Assembly (NCBI GenBank): GCA_963666835.2
Contig: CAXXGO010000006.1
Span: forward strand, 960,001-1,024,000
Direction: 5' to 3'
DNA length: 64,000 nt
From: Phycisphaerae bacterium
Lineage (GTDB): Bacteria; Planctomycetota; Phycisphaerae; UBA1845
Part shown: positions 40,180 through 48,722 of the stretch, in pieces
Position numbering within the stretch: position 1 is the first letter of the stretch
Layout: every line of letters begins with the position of its first letter
Position numbers and translations under genes: made by a program
The notes under the pieces: generated by a model
The model's database searches: none
What the model saw: the letters and a program-made list of their open reading frames with translations, nothing else
What the model was told of the DNA's origin: nothing

Positions 40180-42933
40180 TTACGGCGTAGGCGTGAGCAA
40201 GAATGCGCGGTATTCCCCGTTGATTCTCCCGTAACCGGCGATTTGGCCGAGGCTGTTGATCCCGAACGCAACGGTAAGATGCTCCCAGCCGTGGCCGGAT
40301 ATCAGCAGGTCGTTTAAGTCGTGAAGCTGACCGCCGGCGTAGATGAAAGCGTGAGACAACGTCCCGTCGGTTGTACTGGCGTAGCCTACGATCCGCCCGG
40401 AGTCGCTCATGTCCCAGGCGTAAGTCTTGGGGAATCCGGCGAGAGCTCCGAGATCCGTAACCGTCTCACATGCGTAAAGGAACGATCGGTACTCTCCCGT
40501 TCCCCAGGAGAAGCCCGTAACCATTCCGTCGCTGTTTATGGCGACCGGCCGGCTACCGCTGAGGAGCGGCGATCCCAGATCGATAAACGTCCCGGCGTCA
40601 TCCAGGAACACCTGCTGATCGTAGCCGACAGCCAGATACGTACCCACGACCAAGCCGTCGTCGTTGATGTCGAAGGCTCCGCTTTGGAAGTACTCGGTCG
40701 TGTCAAGGTCACTCATGGTGCCGCTGCGGTAGAGAAACGCATGCGTTGCGGAGCCGGTATGGGCCTGCCCGACGACTTCTCCGTCTTCGTTGACGCCGTA
40801 GGCGGCGGAGGTGTCTCCTCCGAGCGTACCCAGATCACTCATGCCGTCGGTTGAGTTCCAGATGAACGCGCGCAGGTTGCCCTGCGCGTCATGCGATTGC
40901 CCGACGACCTCGCCGGCCTCGTTGATGTCTCGAGCGTAAGACTCGTTCCCGCCGAGCGTCCCCAGATCTGACATCACTCCGTCACTGAATAGGAACGCGT
41001 GCTTCAGCCAGTCATCAGTGTAGTAATATCCAACCACCTGACCGGCGTCGTTAAGCGATGAGGGGTAGCTGGCGTTGTTGCTCAGCGAGCCGAGATTAAC
41101 GATCTCGTATTGAAGATCGTCATGAGTGTTGATCGTGATGGTCACGTCATCCGTAACAACGATGGGGGGCACGGACCAGTCGCTAACCGTGAGCGTGTAC
41201 GTCGTCGTCTCCGCAGGTACGACCGTGGGGTTCTGCTCCATCGAGCCTTCCCATCCGGGAGCCGACCAGGAATACGTGTAAGGTTCCGTACCTCCGCTGG
41301 CGAAGCCCTGCAACGTCACGCATCCGACTTCGTCCAGGGTGACGTCCTCGCCGGCATCGGCCAGGGCGACTTCGCAACCGTTGGCGTCCACGGCCGTGTC
41401 GGTCGGTGTCTGGGGGCACAGGTCGTTGCAGTTGTTGACCCCGTCATCGTCTTCATCTAACTGGCTGCAACTGCATCCGTTGGCGTCAACCGCTTCGCCC
41501 GCGGGCGTGCTAAGGCAAGCATCCGAATCATCTAGCACGCCGTCATTGTCGCTGTCGAGTTCGTCCAACGGGCACCCGTTATCGCCCACGCTTTCGGAGA
41601 GGCTCGTCTCAGGACACTCGTCATCACAGTCATTGACCCCGTCGGCGTCACCGTCACGCTGCGAGCAGGAGCAACCCGATTCATCCGGCGTTTCTCCGCT
41701 CGGCGTGTCGGGACAATCATCGTCACCGTTAATGACGCCGTCGCCGTCCTCGTCAAGCTGGACGGCTTCACAACCGCTCTCGTCTACGGTGGCTCCACTG
41801 GTCGAGTTCGGGCACTCATCGTCGCAATCGCACACTCCGTCAGCGTCGGTGTCTCTCTGAGAACAGGAGCAGCCGTCGGAATCGGCCGTTTCCGACGAGG
41901 GGGTGTCCGCGCAAAGATCGTCAGCGTCGGGTACATCGTCTTCATCTGCGTCTTCGAGACACTGCGCGGCGGTCGAGACCACCGCCAGAGTTTGCTCTTC
42001 GCCGGTCGCGTCGCGCCAGGTGATGATAACGGTATCCGCGTCGCCAATGCGGTCCGTGTAGAAATACGTGTCACCCGGAGTTCCGCGGAGGAGACCCGTC
42101 TGAGGACCCTGGTAAAGCTCCCAGGTGTAATCGACGTCGAAGTCATTGGGGTTTCTAACCCGCCAGCGAAGCTGTGTTTCAGGGTCGTCAGAGCACACCG
42201 AGGTCAGTTTGAGATCCTCGATTAGGTCCCGGCAGGGGCCGAGGTAATCGCCGTGTGCCAGATGTGCCGCCTGGGCGGATGCTCCAACGTTTATGGTGTG
42301 GCGGTTGTCCGGGTTGCCCGCGGGGATGTGGCAGAGCTCGACTTTCTCTTCGCTGGCCCTGAGACTTCCAAACTCCAACGACAGCCTTCTGAATGACAGC
42401 TCCCCGTCAAAATCTGCCAGGGTCTGGGCACAGATCCCGAAGGAGCCCGTCCGGATGATCTCCCGGGCCTCGGTAGAGAGTGTTACCGATTCGTTGGTCA
42501 GCGTAATCTGCTCGTTGACCACCGTGATTCCGAACGGACCGATACGAACACCCGATTCGCATGCATTCGATCCGTGCGAGGCTATTCGGAATGTGACGGC
42601 GGCGTGTCGTTCATAGTTTGCACCGGCCGGTGATATGTCGTCGTCACTTTCATCGACGGTTACCGTAACATCGGTGTCTTCCACCATCATGACGGCTTCG
42701 TCCGGAGCACTCTCCAGCAGAGTCTGGGGGATGGTCACTTCAGTAGACGCCGCCCCTACGGTGCCCTGCTGGATCGTAAGAGCTTCGGTGTCGCCGAACG
42801 TCTCCAGAGGAATGCCCAGGTAATCGCTCGCGTTTCGACCGCTCCAATTTAGCGGGTCAAAGTCCCCGCAACCGGGGATTCCGGGCAGCATGGCCGCAAA
42901 CGCCGTGAGTATGATCAGGTTGAAGATGCGCAT
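40180..42933 (-). CDS. Large extracellular (lipo)protein: His/Cys module, thrombospondin type-3-like Ca-binding repeats, PKD-like domain, HAF-repeat propeller
   Basis: IPGC possible lipobox; CHIPAGNPDN...AHLAHGDYLGPC; repeated D.D.DGV.D..D.CP.T; ADAGED...PYTYSW; HAF/RAF...DLGTLGG repeats. Confidence 0.88.
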   Translation of the reverse strand: MRIFNLIILTAFAAMLPGIPGCGDFDPLNWSGRNASDYLGIPLETFGDTEALTIQQGTVGAASTEVTIPQTLLESAPDEAVMMVEDTDVTVTVDESDDDISPAGANYERHAAVTFRIASHGSNACESGVRIGPFGITVVNEQITLTNESVTLSTEAREIIRTGSFGICAQTLADFDGELSFRRLSLEFGSLRASEEKVELCHIPAGNPDNRHTINVGASAQAAHLAHGDYLGPCRDLIEDLKLTSVCSDDPETQLRWRVRNPNDFDVDYTWELYQGPQTGLLRGTPGDTYFYTDRIGDADTVIITWRDATGEEQTLAVVSTAAQCLEDADEDDVPDADDLCADTPSSETADSDGCSCSQRDTDADGVCDCDDECPNSTSGATVDESGCEAVQLDEDGDGVINGDDDCPDTPSGETPDESGCSCSQRDGDADGVNDCDDECPETSLSESVGDNGCPLDELDSDNDGVLDDSDACLSTPAGEAVDANGCSCSQLDEDDDGVNNCNDLCPQTPTDTAVDANGCEVALADAGEDVTLDEVGCVTLQGFASGGTEPYTYSWSAPGWEGSMEQNPTVVPAETTTYTLTVSDWSVPPIVVTDDVTITINTHDDLQYEIVNLGSLSNNASYPSSLNDAGQVVGYYYTDDWLKHAFLFSDGVMSDLGTLGGNESYARDINEAGEVVGQSHDAQGNLRAFIWNSTDGMSDLGTLGGDTSAAYGVNEDGEVVGQAHTGSATHAFLYRSGTMSDLDTTEYFQSGAFDINDDGLVVGTYLAVGYDQQVFLDDAGTFIDLGSPLLSGSRPVAINSDGMVTGFSWGTGEYRSFLYACETVTDLGALAGFPKTYAWDMSDSGRIVGYASTTDGTLSHAFIYAGGQLHDLNDLLISGHGWEHLTVAFGINSLGQIAGYGRINGEYRAFLLTPTP

Positions 42934-43441
42934 CGTCCAATCCTCGCTTCGATCGAGTGCAGAATGTCGGAGTAAACGCCGTTTCCAAGAGAATCGCTCG
43001 TTGTTCTTCCCACCCTAACGGGCGAAAGCGGAACACATGCGAAACTCCCTTATAGAAGGCATCGAAGGCCAACCCCGCCGGCAACAGGCTGCTTTTGCGC
43101 ATCCCTTTCACGGAGCCGCCGGCAGTCGGCAGATAGAGCCAGTTGATTATCGACCGAAAGACCAATCGGATTCGGGATAATGCAGATAGGTTTACCCCAG
43201 GCGCAGTCGCTGAACCTATTTACAGGACGGCACTTACACGAGGAGGCGCCCGCGTGGCCGGGCGTGGTCATGCCTGTGAATTTGGAATCGGATCGGCTGT
43301 CCGGTCGATTCCCGGAACACAGCGCGGAAGCGTCGAGCAGGCACTTGACGAAATCAGCGGCTTCAACGGCTGTCTAACCACACTGTACCGTAGGTCGGCG
43401 CGAGCTCGTTGTAGGGAATCCCGCATAGTGACACTTGCGGC

Positions 43442-44563
43442 TTACTTGTTCTCCGATGCCTGGGCGGCGGGGATCGGAAAACGCTTACGTAAGAGGCCGT
43501 CGGGGGCTTTGCCGACGGTGACGTACCCGTCTTCCTCGATTTTGCCGAGAATGCGCTGAAGGGTGGCCATGGCTTCGCTGAAGCGATCGAGGGACAGAAC
43601 GGCGGCCTCGTACAGCCGGTCGTCACGGACGAGCAATCCGGCCGAACCTTCTCCTTCGGCAATCGCGCGGCTAACGCGGGCGGCATCGGCGGCGCTGTCA
43701 TCGAGGTGTTGCAGGAACTCGTTGAGGTTGGCGAACGATTCGTCAAGGTTCTCTTCGGTGCGATCAATGCCCTGATTGAGGTTATCCGCGACGGTTTGGC
43801 TTTCAGTTTGCCAGAGGGTCATGGTCTGCTTGAGGTGTTCGGTGGCGCTTTTGAGGTCCGCGATGGCGGCCTTGACGTCCCCCTGGACGTTCTCATCACC
43901 GAGAACCACGTTGATATTGGCGACAAGGTCGTCGATGCGCTCGATCATGGTGGAGATGTTGGGGGTAAGCCCGTCCGCCTCGGCCCCCGGCTGCTCGACG
44001 GCTGAGACGCTACGGGGCTCGAGCAATTCCGCCAAGTTCGTGCCCACCGGAGTCCATTCTTTGGTCAGACTGCCGACATGAGAGATCGTTCGCTCGACGG
44101 AGTTGACCATCTCCTTCGTGATAAGCTCGCCGATGATGCTACGCATCTCGCCGGGGATACTTGCCAGCTCCTTGGGAAGCGGTTCGGAACGCAGGCCGGG
44201 TTCGACAACAATCGCGATGTGGCCCGTGCCGAAACCGAGAGTCGCCCCGTATACTCTGGCCGTGGCCCCCCGCGGGACGGAGTACTGTTTCTTGATCCGA
44301 GTGACGATGACCACACCCTGATCCGGGCGGGAGCGGTCTTCAAAATCCAATCGCTGCACTCGGCCGATCTCGACGCCATTGAGCGTTACCGGCGAACCGT
44401 CACCGATCCCGCGCAGATCGCGCACCCCGTCGATCCGGAGCGTCCATTCCCCAGTTCCCAGCCAGGTCGGGGTTTCCCCAAACCAGACCATGAGGATGCC
44501 CAAGGCGCCCAGGGACACTACGACGAAAAGACCTACCCATAGGTTGCGGGAAGTTTCAGTCAT
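43442..44563 (-). CDS. mlaD: MCE-domain protein MlaD
   Basis: VGLFVV TM; GIGDGSPVTLNGVEIGRV MCE motif; helical C-terminus with GEGSAGLLVRDDRLYE. Confidence 0.88.
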   Translation of the reverse strand: MTETSRNLWVGLFVVVSLGALGILMVWFGETPTWLGTGEWTLRIDGVRDLRGIGDGSPVTLNGVEIGRVQRLDFEDRSRPDQGVVIVTRIKKQYSVPRGATARVYGATLGFGTGHIAIVVEPGLRSEPLPKELASIPGEMRSIIGELITKEMVNSVERTISHVGSLTKEWTPVGTNLAELLEPRSVSAVEQPGAEADGLTPNISTMIERIDDLVANINVVLGDENVQGDVKAAIADLKSATEHLKQTMTLWQTESQTVADNLNQGIDRTEENLDESFANLNEFLQHLDDSAADAARVSRAIAEGEGSAGLLVRDDRLYEAAVLSLDRFSEAMATLQRILGKIEEDGYVTVGKAPDGLLRKRFPIPAAQASENK

Positions 44564-45384
44564 GATGGATTCTTGCCGTGAAGACTCCGGAGGACGTCCT
44601 CCGCACAACGTCCCTCTACGAAATATCGGACGCGGGGGTCTTCGGTCCTGTCAATTTCTTCGGGAGTTCCATCAAAGATGAACCTGCCCTCGTGGAGCAT
44701 GAGGATTCGATCAGCCACCTTCCGGGCACTGGCCATGTCGTGAGTGACCACCACACCGGTGACCCCCAGCTCGCGTTTGAGCTTGACAATCAGCTCGTTG
44801 ATTTCGTCGGCCCGGGGCGGGTCGAGCCCGGTAGTAGGCTCGTCGTAGAGGATCAGCTCCGGATCGACTGCGATTGCCCGGGCGAGGGCGACGCGTTTCT
44901 TCTGCCCACCGGAGAGTTGCGCCGGCCATTGATCCTGAATCCCGTCCAGCCCGACCATGGTGAGCTTACGCTTGACGATCTCCCGAATCTCGTCGCGGGA
45001 TAGGCGAGTGTGCTCGACGATCGGAAAGGCCACGTTCTGTTCAACGGTCATCGAATCGAACAGGGCGCTGAGCTGGAAAAGGAACCCGAATCGCGGACGC
45101 AGGGTGGCCAACTGCCATTCCGGAAGACCGTCAATGCGCTGATCGCGGTAGTACACTTCGCCCCGGTCCGGACGCAAAAGGCGGACGATGTGCTTGAGGA
45201 TGACGCTTTTACCCGAGCCGGATTCGCCGATGATGACGGTGGTCTGGCCGGCTTGGAGTTCCGCGTCGATTCCACGCAGCACTTCCAGGTTGTCGAAACG
45301 CTTATGGACATCTACAAGCCGAACGACCGGTTGTTGTTCGGGTTGAACTTCGCGTGTAGGCATGTTGGGTTGGCAAGTGATCAT
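44560..45384 (-). CDS. mlaF: ABC ATPase MlaF/Mkl
   Basis: GESGSGKS, FQLSALFDSMTV, LSGGQKKRVALARA, YDEPTTGLDP, VTHD; ATGA overlap with mlaE. Confidence 0.92.
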   Translation of the reverse strand: MITCQPNMPTREVQPEQQPVVRLVDVHKRFDNLEVLRGIDAELQAGQTTVIIGESGSGKSVILKHIVRLLRPDRGEVYYRDQRIDGLPEWQLATLRPRFGFLFQLSALFDSMTVEQNVAFPIVEHTRLSRDEIREIVKRKLTMVGLDGIQDQWPAQLSGGQKKRVALARAIAVDPELILYDEPTTGLDPPRADEINELIVKLKRELGVTGVVVTHDMASARKVADRILMLHEGRFIFDGTPEEIDRTEDPRVRYFVEGRCAEDVLRSLHGKNPS

Positions 45385-46208
45385 ACGAGCGATTTGAAAC
45401 CGTAGATCCCGCGGTAGACCCCCGAGAGGAACGTCCCGATGAAGAAATCGGTGATTAGGATCGTAATGAAACTGGCCACGAAGGACTCGGTGCAGGCTCG
45501 GCCTACACCTTCGGCGCCGGTGCGACAGTGGAAGCCGTTGTAACACGCGATAATGCCGATCAACCCGCCGAACACCAGGCTCTTGATCAAACCGACCCCG
45601 ACGTCCCAGGCTTCTATGGCGTCCGAAATGTACCACCAGTAGGGCCCGGCCGGGATGTCCTTGAGGACCACGGCCACGAACCAGCCGGCAATCGAGCCGA
45701 ACAGGTCACAGAAGAAGGTAAGCAGTGGGGTGAGCAGCAGACAGGCCATGAAGCGCGGCACGACCAGTTGGCGGATGGGGTCGGCTCCCATAACGGTCAG
45801 GGCGCTGATCTGCTCGGTCACGCGCATCGTGCCCAGCTCGGCCGTCAAGGCTCCGCCGACCCGCCCGGCGACCATAACGCCGGCCAGCACTGGGCCCAGC
45901 TCTTGCACCAGGGTGGCGGACAGCAGGACGCCCATCCGCTGCTCAAACCCGGCGGCGCGGAGTTGGTCATAGCTCTGCACCGCCAGCACGAGACCTACGA
46001 AGGTGCCGGTAACGATAATCACCGGAAGGGTCCGGTTGCCGACCTCATACAGTAGGGGCATGGCTCGGACCCAGGTCCGCCACCGAATAAGCCCTGGGAT
46101 CAGCCAGCGAATCATCTGCCAGGTGAATACACCTACGCGTCCGAGGGCGGAGATGGAGGTGGTCGTTTTGGCACCGATCGCCGAAATCATCGCGTTCATC
46201 CGTGACAC
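45381..46208 (-). CDS. mlaE: ABC permease MlaE
   Basis: QELGPVLAGVMVAGRVGGALTAELGTMRVTEQISAL...LVVPR, GAEGVGRA. Confidence 0.93.
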   Translation of the reverse strand: MSRMNAMISAIGAKTTTSISALGRVGVFTWQMIRWLIPGLIRWRTWVRAMPLLYEVGNRTLPVIIVTGTFVGLVLAVQSYDQLRAAGFEQRMGVLLSATLVQELGPVLAGVMVAGRVGGALTAELGTMRVTEQISALTVMGADPIRQLVVPRFMACLLLTPLLTFFCDLFGSIAGWFVAVVLKDIPAGPYWWYISDAIEAWDVGVGLIKSLVFGGLIGIIACYNGFHCRTGAEGVGRACTESFVASFITILITDFFIGTFLSGVYRGIYGFKSLV

Positions 46209-46319
46209 GAGGCGTAGGGTCGACTACTCGGGACTTCGGGTATGTAACGGTCCGGCTTTAGCCTGTCAAACGCCGGATCGTGCTTTGCCTCGGCGGGCGC
46301 GGCGGATACTATCTGGTAT

Positions 46320-47105
46320 ATGGCGAACTCCTTGACGAACGCATCGATCATCGTCCCGACGTATCGAGAGGCGGAAAATCTCCGGCCGCTGGTCGAGCGG
46401 GCGTTTGCAGCACTGCGGGCGGCGGACATCACCGCGGAGATGATTATCGTCGATGACAACTCGCGGGACGGGACAGAGGATGTGGTCGCCGCCCTCAGTG
46501 CCGAATACCCCGTTCGGTTGATCGTGCGTCGCAAGGAACGCGGGCTCTCGAGTGCGGTTCTGGCCGGTTTCCAGGAAGCGCAGTACGGGCGACTGGTGGT
46601 AATGGACGCGGACCTTCAGCACCCGCCGGAGGTGATCCCAGTATTGATACGGCGGTTCGACGAAGGCGATTTCGATTTCGTAATCGGCACGCGATACGGC
46701 GGCGGTGGGGGAATAGCCGAGGACTGGCCATTCCACCGGCGCATTGTGAGTCGAACGGCGACGTTACTTGCCCGGCCTCTGGTACCGCTGAGCGATCCGA
46801 TGTCGGGCTTCTTTGCCCTGCGGCGCGAACGCTGGGAGGGGGCGGCGCCGCTGGATCCGATCGGGTACAAGATTGCCCTCGAGCTCTACGTCAAGGGTCG
46901 CTGCACGCGACCGGCGGAGGTGCCGATTTGCTTCGCGGCTCGAACGGCGGGAATCAGCAAGCTTAGTGCCGCTGAGCAGATGCGGTACCTGAGGCACCTT
47001 GGGCGTTTGTACCGTTTCAAGTACCCTAGACTGTTCAGGCTTGTGGTCGGGTGTGTTTTGGTGGGGCTGATCGCGGCTATTGTGATGGGATTCCGAGTCC
47101 TATAG
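46320..47105 (+). CDS. Polyprenol-phosphate-mannose synthase-like GT2
   Basis: IIVPTYREAENL, VDDNSRDGT, RGLSSAV, VMDADLQHPPE, DPMSGFF, GYKIALE; C-terminal TM. Confidence 0.9.
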   Translation: MANSLTNASIIVPTYREAENLRPLVERAFAALRAADITAEMIIVDDNSRDGTEDVVAALSAEYPVRLIVRRKERGLSSAVLAGFQEAQYGRLVVMDADLQHPPEVIPVLIRRFDEGDFDFVIGTRYGGGGGIAEDWPFHRRIVSRTATLLARPLVPLSDPMSGFFALRRERWEGAAPLDPIGYKIALELYVKGRCTRPAEVPICFAARTAGISKLSAAEQMRYLRHLGRLYRFKYPRLFRLVVGCVLVGLIAAIVMGFRVL

Positions 47106-47138
47106 ACCAGCCCGCGCGGGGCGGCAGGAGGAGATGGC

Positions 47139-47531
47139 ATGGACTCCGTTCCCAAAGCGCCGAGCAGTGAGCCGGCCATTCGCGTGGTCATGATGCCGCG
47201 GGACACCAACCCTCAGGGCACGATCTTCGGCGGAGTGATCCTCTCGTTGATCGACCAGGCGGCGTATGTCGAGGCCGTGCGTCAGGCGCGACACTGCTAT
47301 GTCACCGTCGCGATGCGGGAGATCGAGTTCCACGAGCCGGTCTACGTCGGTGACGTTTTGAGTCTCTACGCCCAAGCGGAGCGCATCGGCCGGACGTCTA
47401 TAACCATCAAGGTCCGCGTGGTATCCAGCCGAAGGAGCGATCCGGACGAACACGTCGAGGTCACCGAGGCAGAGGTGGTCTTCGTAGCGGTGGATGAGAA
47501 CCGGCAGAAAGTGCCGATCTTCGACGATTGA
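47139..47531 (+). CDS. Acyl-CoA thioesterase (hotdog fold, YciA-like)
   Basis: MPRDTNPQGTIFGGVILSLID, F.EPVYVGD, IGRTSI, FVAVD; AGGAG RBS. Confidence 0.93.
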   Translation: MDSVPKAPSSEPAIRVVMMPRDTNPQGTIFGGVILSLIDQAAYVEAVRQARHCYVTVAMREIEFHEPVYVGDVLSLYAQAERIGRTSITIKVRVVSSRRSDPDEHVEVTEAEVVFVAVDENRQKVPIFDD

Positions 47532-48710
47532 CGAGTAGCGGGTACCATCCCGTCGCGGGCGCCCCATCCATCCCGACGTTTGCCAGGCTGGAACAACCAC
47601 ACCGCCTCACCGCCGGGACGGGTGGGGGACGGATTGCGTAGGGCACGGTCGAGGTACGAGACCTGCCGCGAAGGCGCGCGAAGCGTGAAGACCTTGTAGG
47701 GCACGGTCGAGGAACGAGACCTGCCGCAAAGGCGCGCGAAGCGTGAAGACCTTGTAGGGCACGGTCGAGGTACGATACCTGCCGCAAGAACGTACGCCGT
47801 TCGAGCCGAACGCGTTTGTGCGACCCACTTCGGGGTTGGTGTGGAAGGGGGCTTTGTGCCCCAGGGTGGCACTAAAGCGGCTACGCCGCTTCGTTTACCC
47901 TGGGCTTTGTTGTTCAACGCCTTCGGCGTAGGTTCGGCAGGCACGCGGCGCGCGAAGATCACGGCCGGCCGCGCCATCTCTCCAGCAGCGGGGGATTCAA
48001 TGTGTCGCGATGGTGGCATTGCCGGGTGCCCCATCCATCCCGGCGTTTGCCGCGCTGAAGCAGCCGTATTGCCCCACCGCCGGGACGGGTGGGGGACGGA
48101 TTGCGTAGGGCACGGTCGAGGAACGATACCTGCCGCAAGAACGCACGCCGTTCGAACCAAACGCGTTTGTGCAACCCACTTCGGGGTTGGTGTGGAAGGG
48201 GGCTTTGTGCCCCAGGGTGGCACTTCGCGGCTACGCCGCTTCGTTTACCCTGGGCTTTGTTGTTCAACGCCTTCGGCGTAGGTTCGGCAGGCACGCGGCG
48301 CGCGAAGATCACGGCCGGCCGCGCCATCTCTCCAGCAGCGGGGGATTCAATGTGTCGCGATGGTGGCATTGCCGGGTGCCCCATCCATCCCGGCGTTTGC
48401 CAGGCTGGAACAGCCACACCGCCTCACCGCCGGCATGAGTGGGGGACGGAATGCGTAGGGCACGGTCGAGGTACGAGACCTGCCGCGAAGGCGCGCGAAG
48501 CGTGAAGACCTTGTAGGGCACGGTCGAGGTACGAGACCTGCCGCAAGAACTTAAACAAGGACTCGTCATCCGCAATCGATTCCCCACCCTTCGCGTGGGA
48601 AGTAGTCCGTATGCCGTAACTGCACCTAACTACGGGGCGTTCTTGTCTACTGAAAGACCGTACAGGGCGGAGGATAGGGCACCCTCGCCGATCTTCGACG
48701 ATTGACGAGT
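47513..48710. repeat. REP mosaic bounded by a perfect 24-bp direct repeat; six GTAG-REP copies at 58-bp and ~350-bp spacings
   Basis: GCCGATCTTCGACGATTGACGAGT at 47513-47536 and 48687-48710; GTAGGGCACGGTCGAGG(T/A)ACGA(G/T)ACCTGCCGC at 47638, 47696, 47754, 48105, 48455, 48513. Confidence 0.95.
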
Positions 48711-48722
48711 GGTTTGCACCGG

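Noticed and set aside
47638..47785. 32-bp repeat with 26-bp spacers resembling a CRISPR array
   Set aside because: Spacers are near-identical, no cas genes are present, and the repeat is a GTAG-headed REP also dispersed elsewhere
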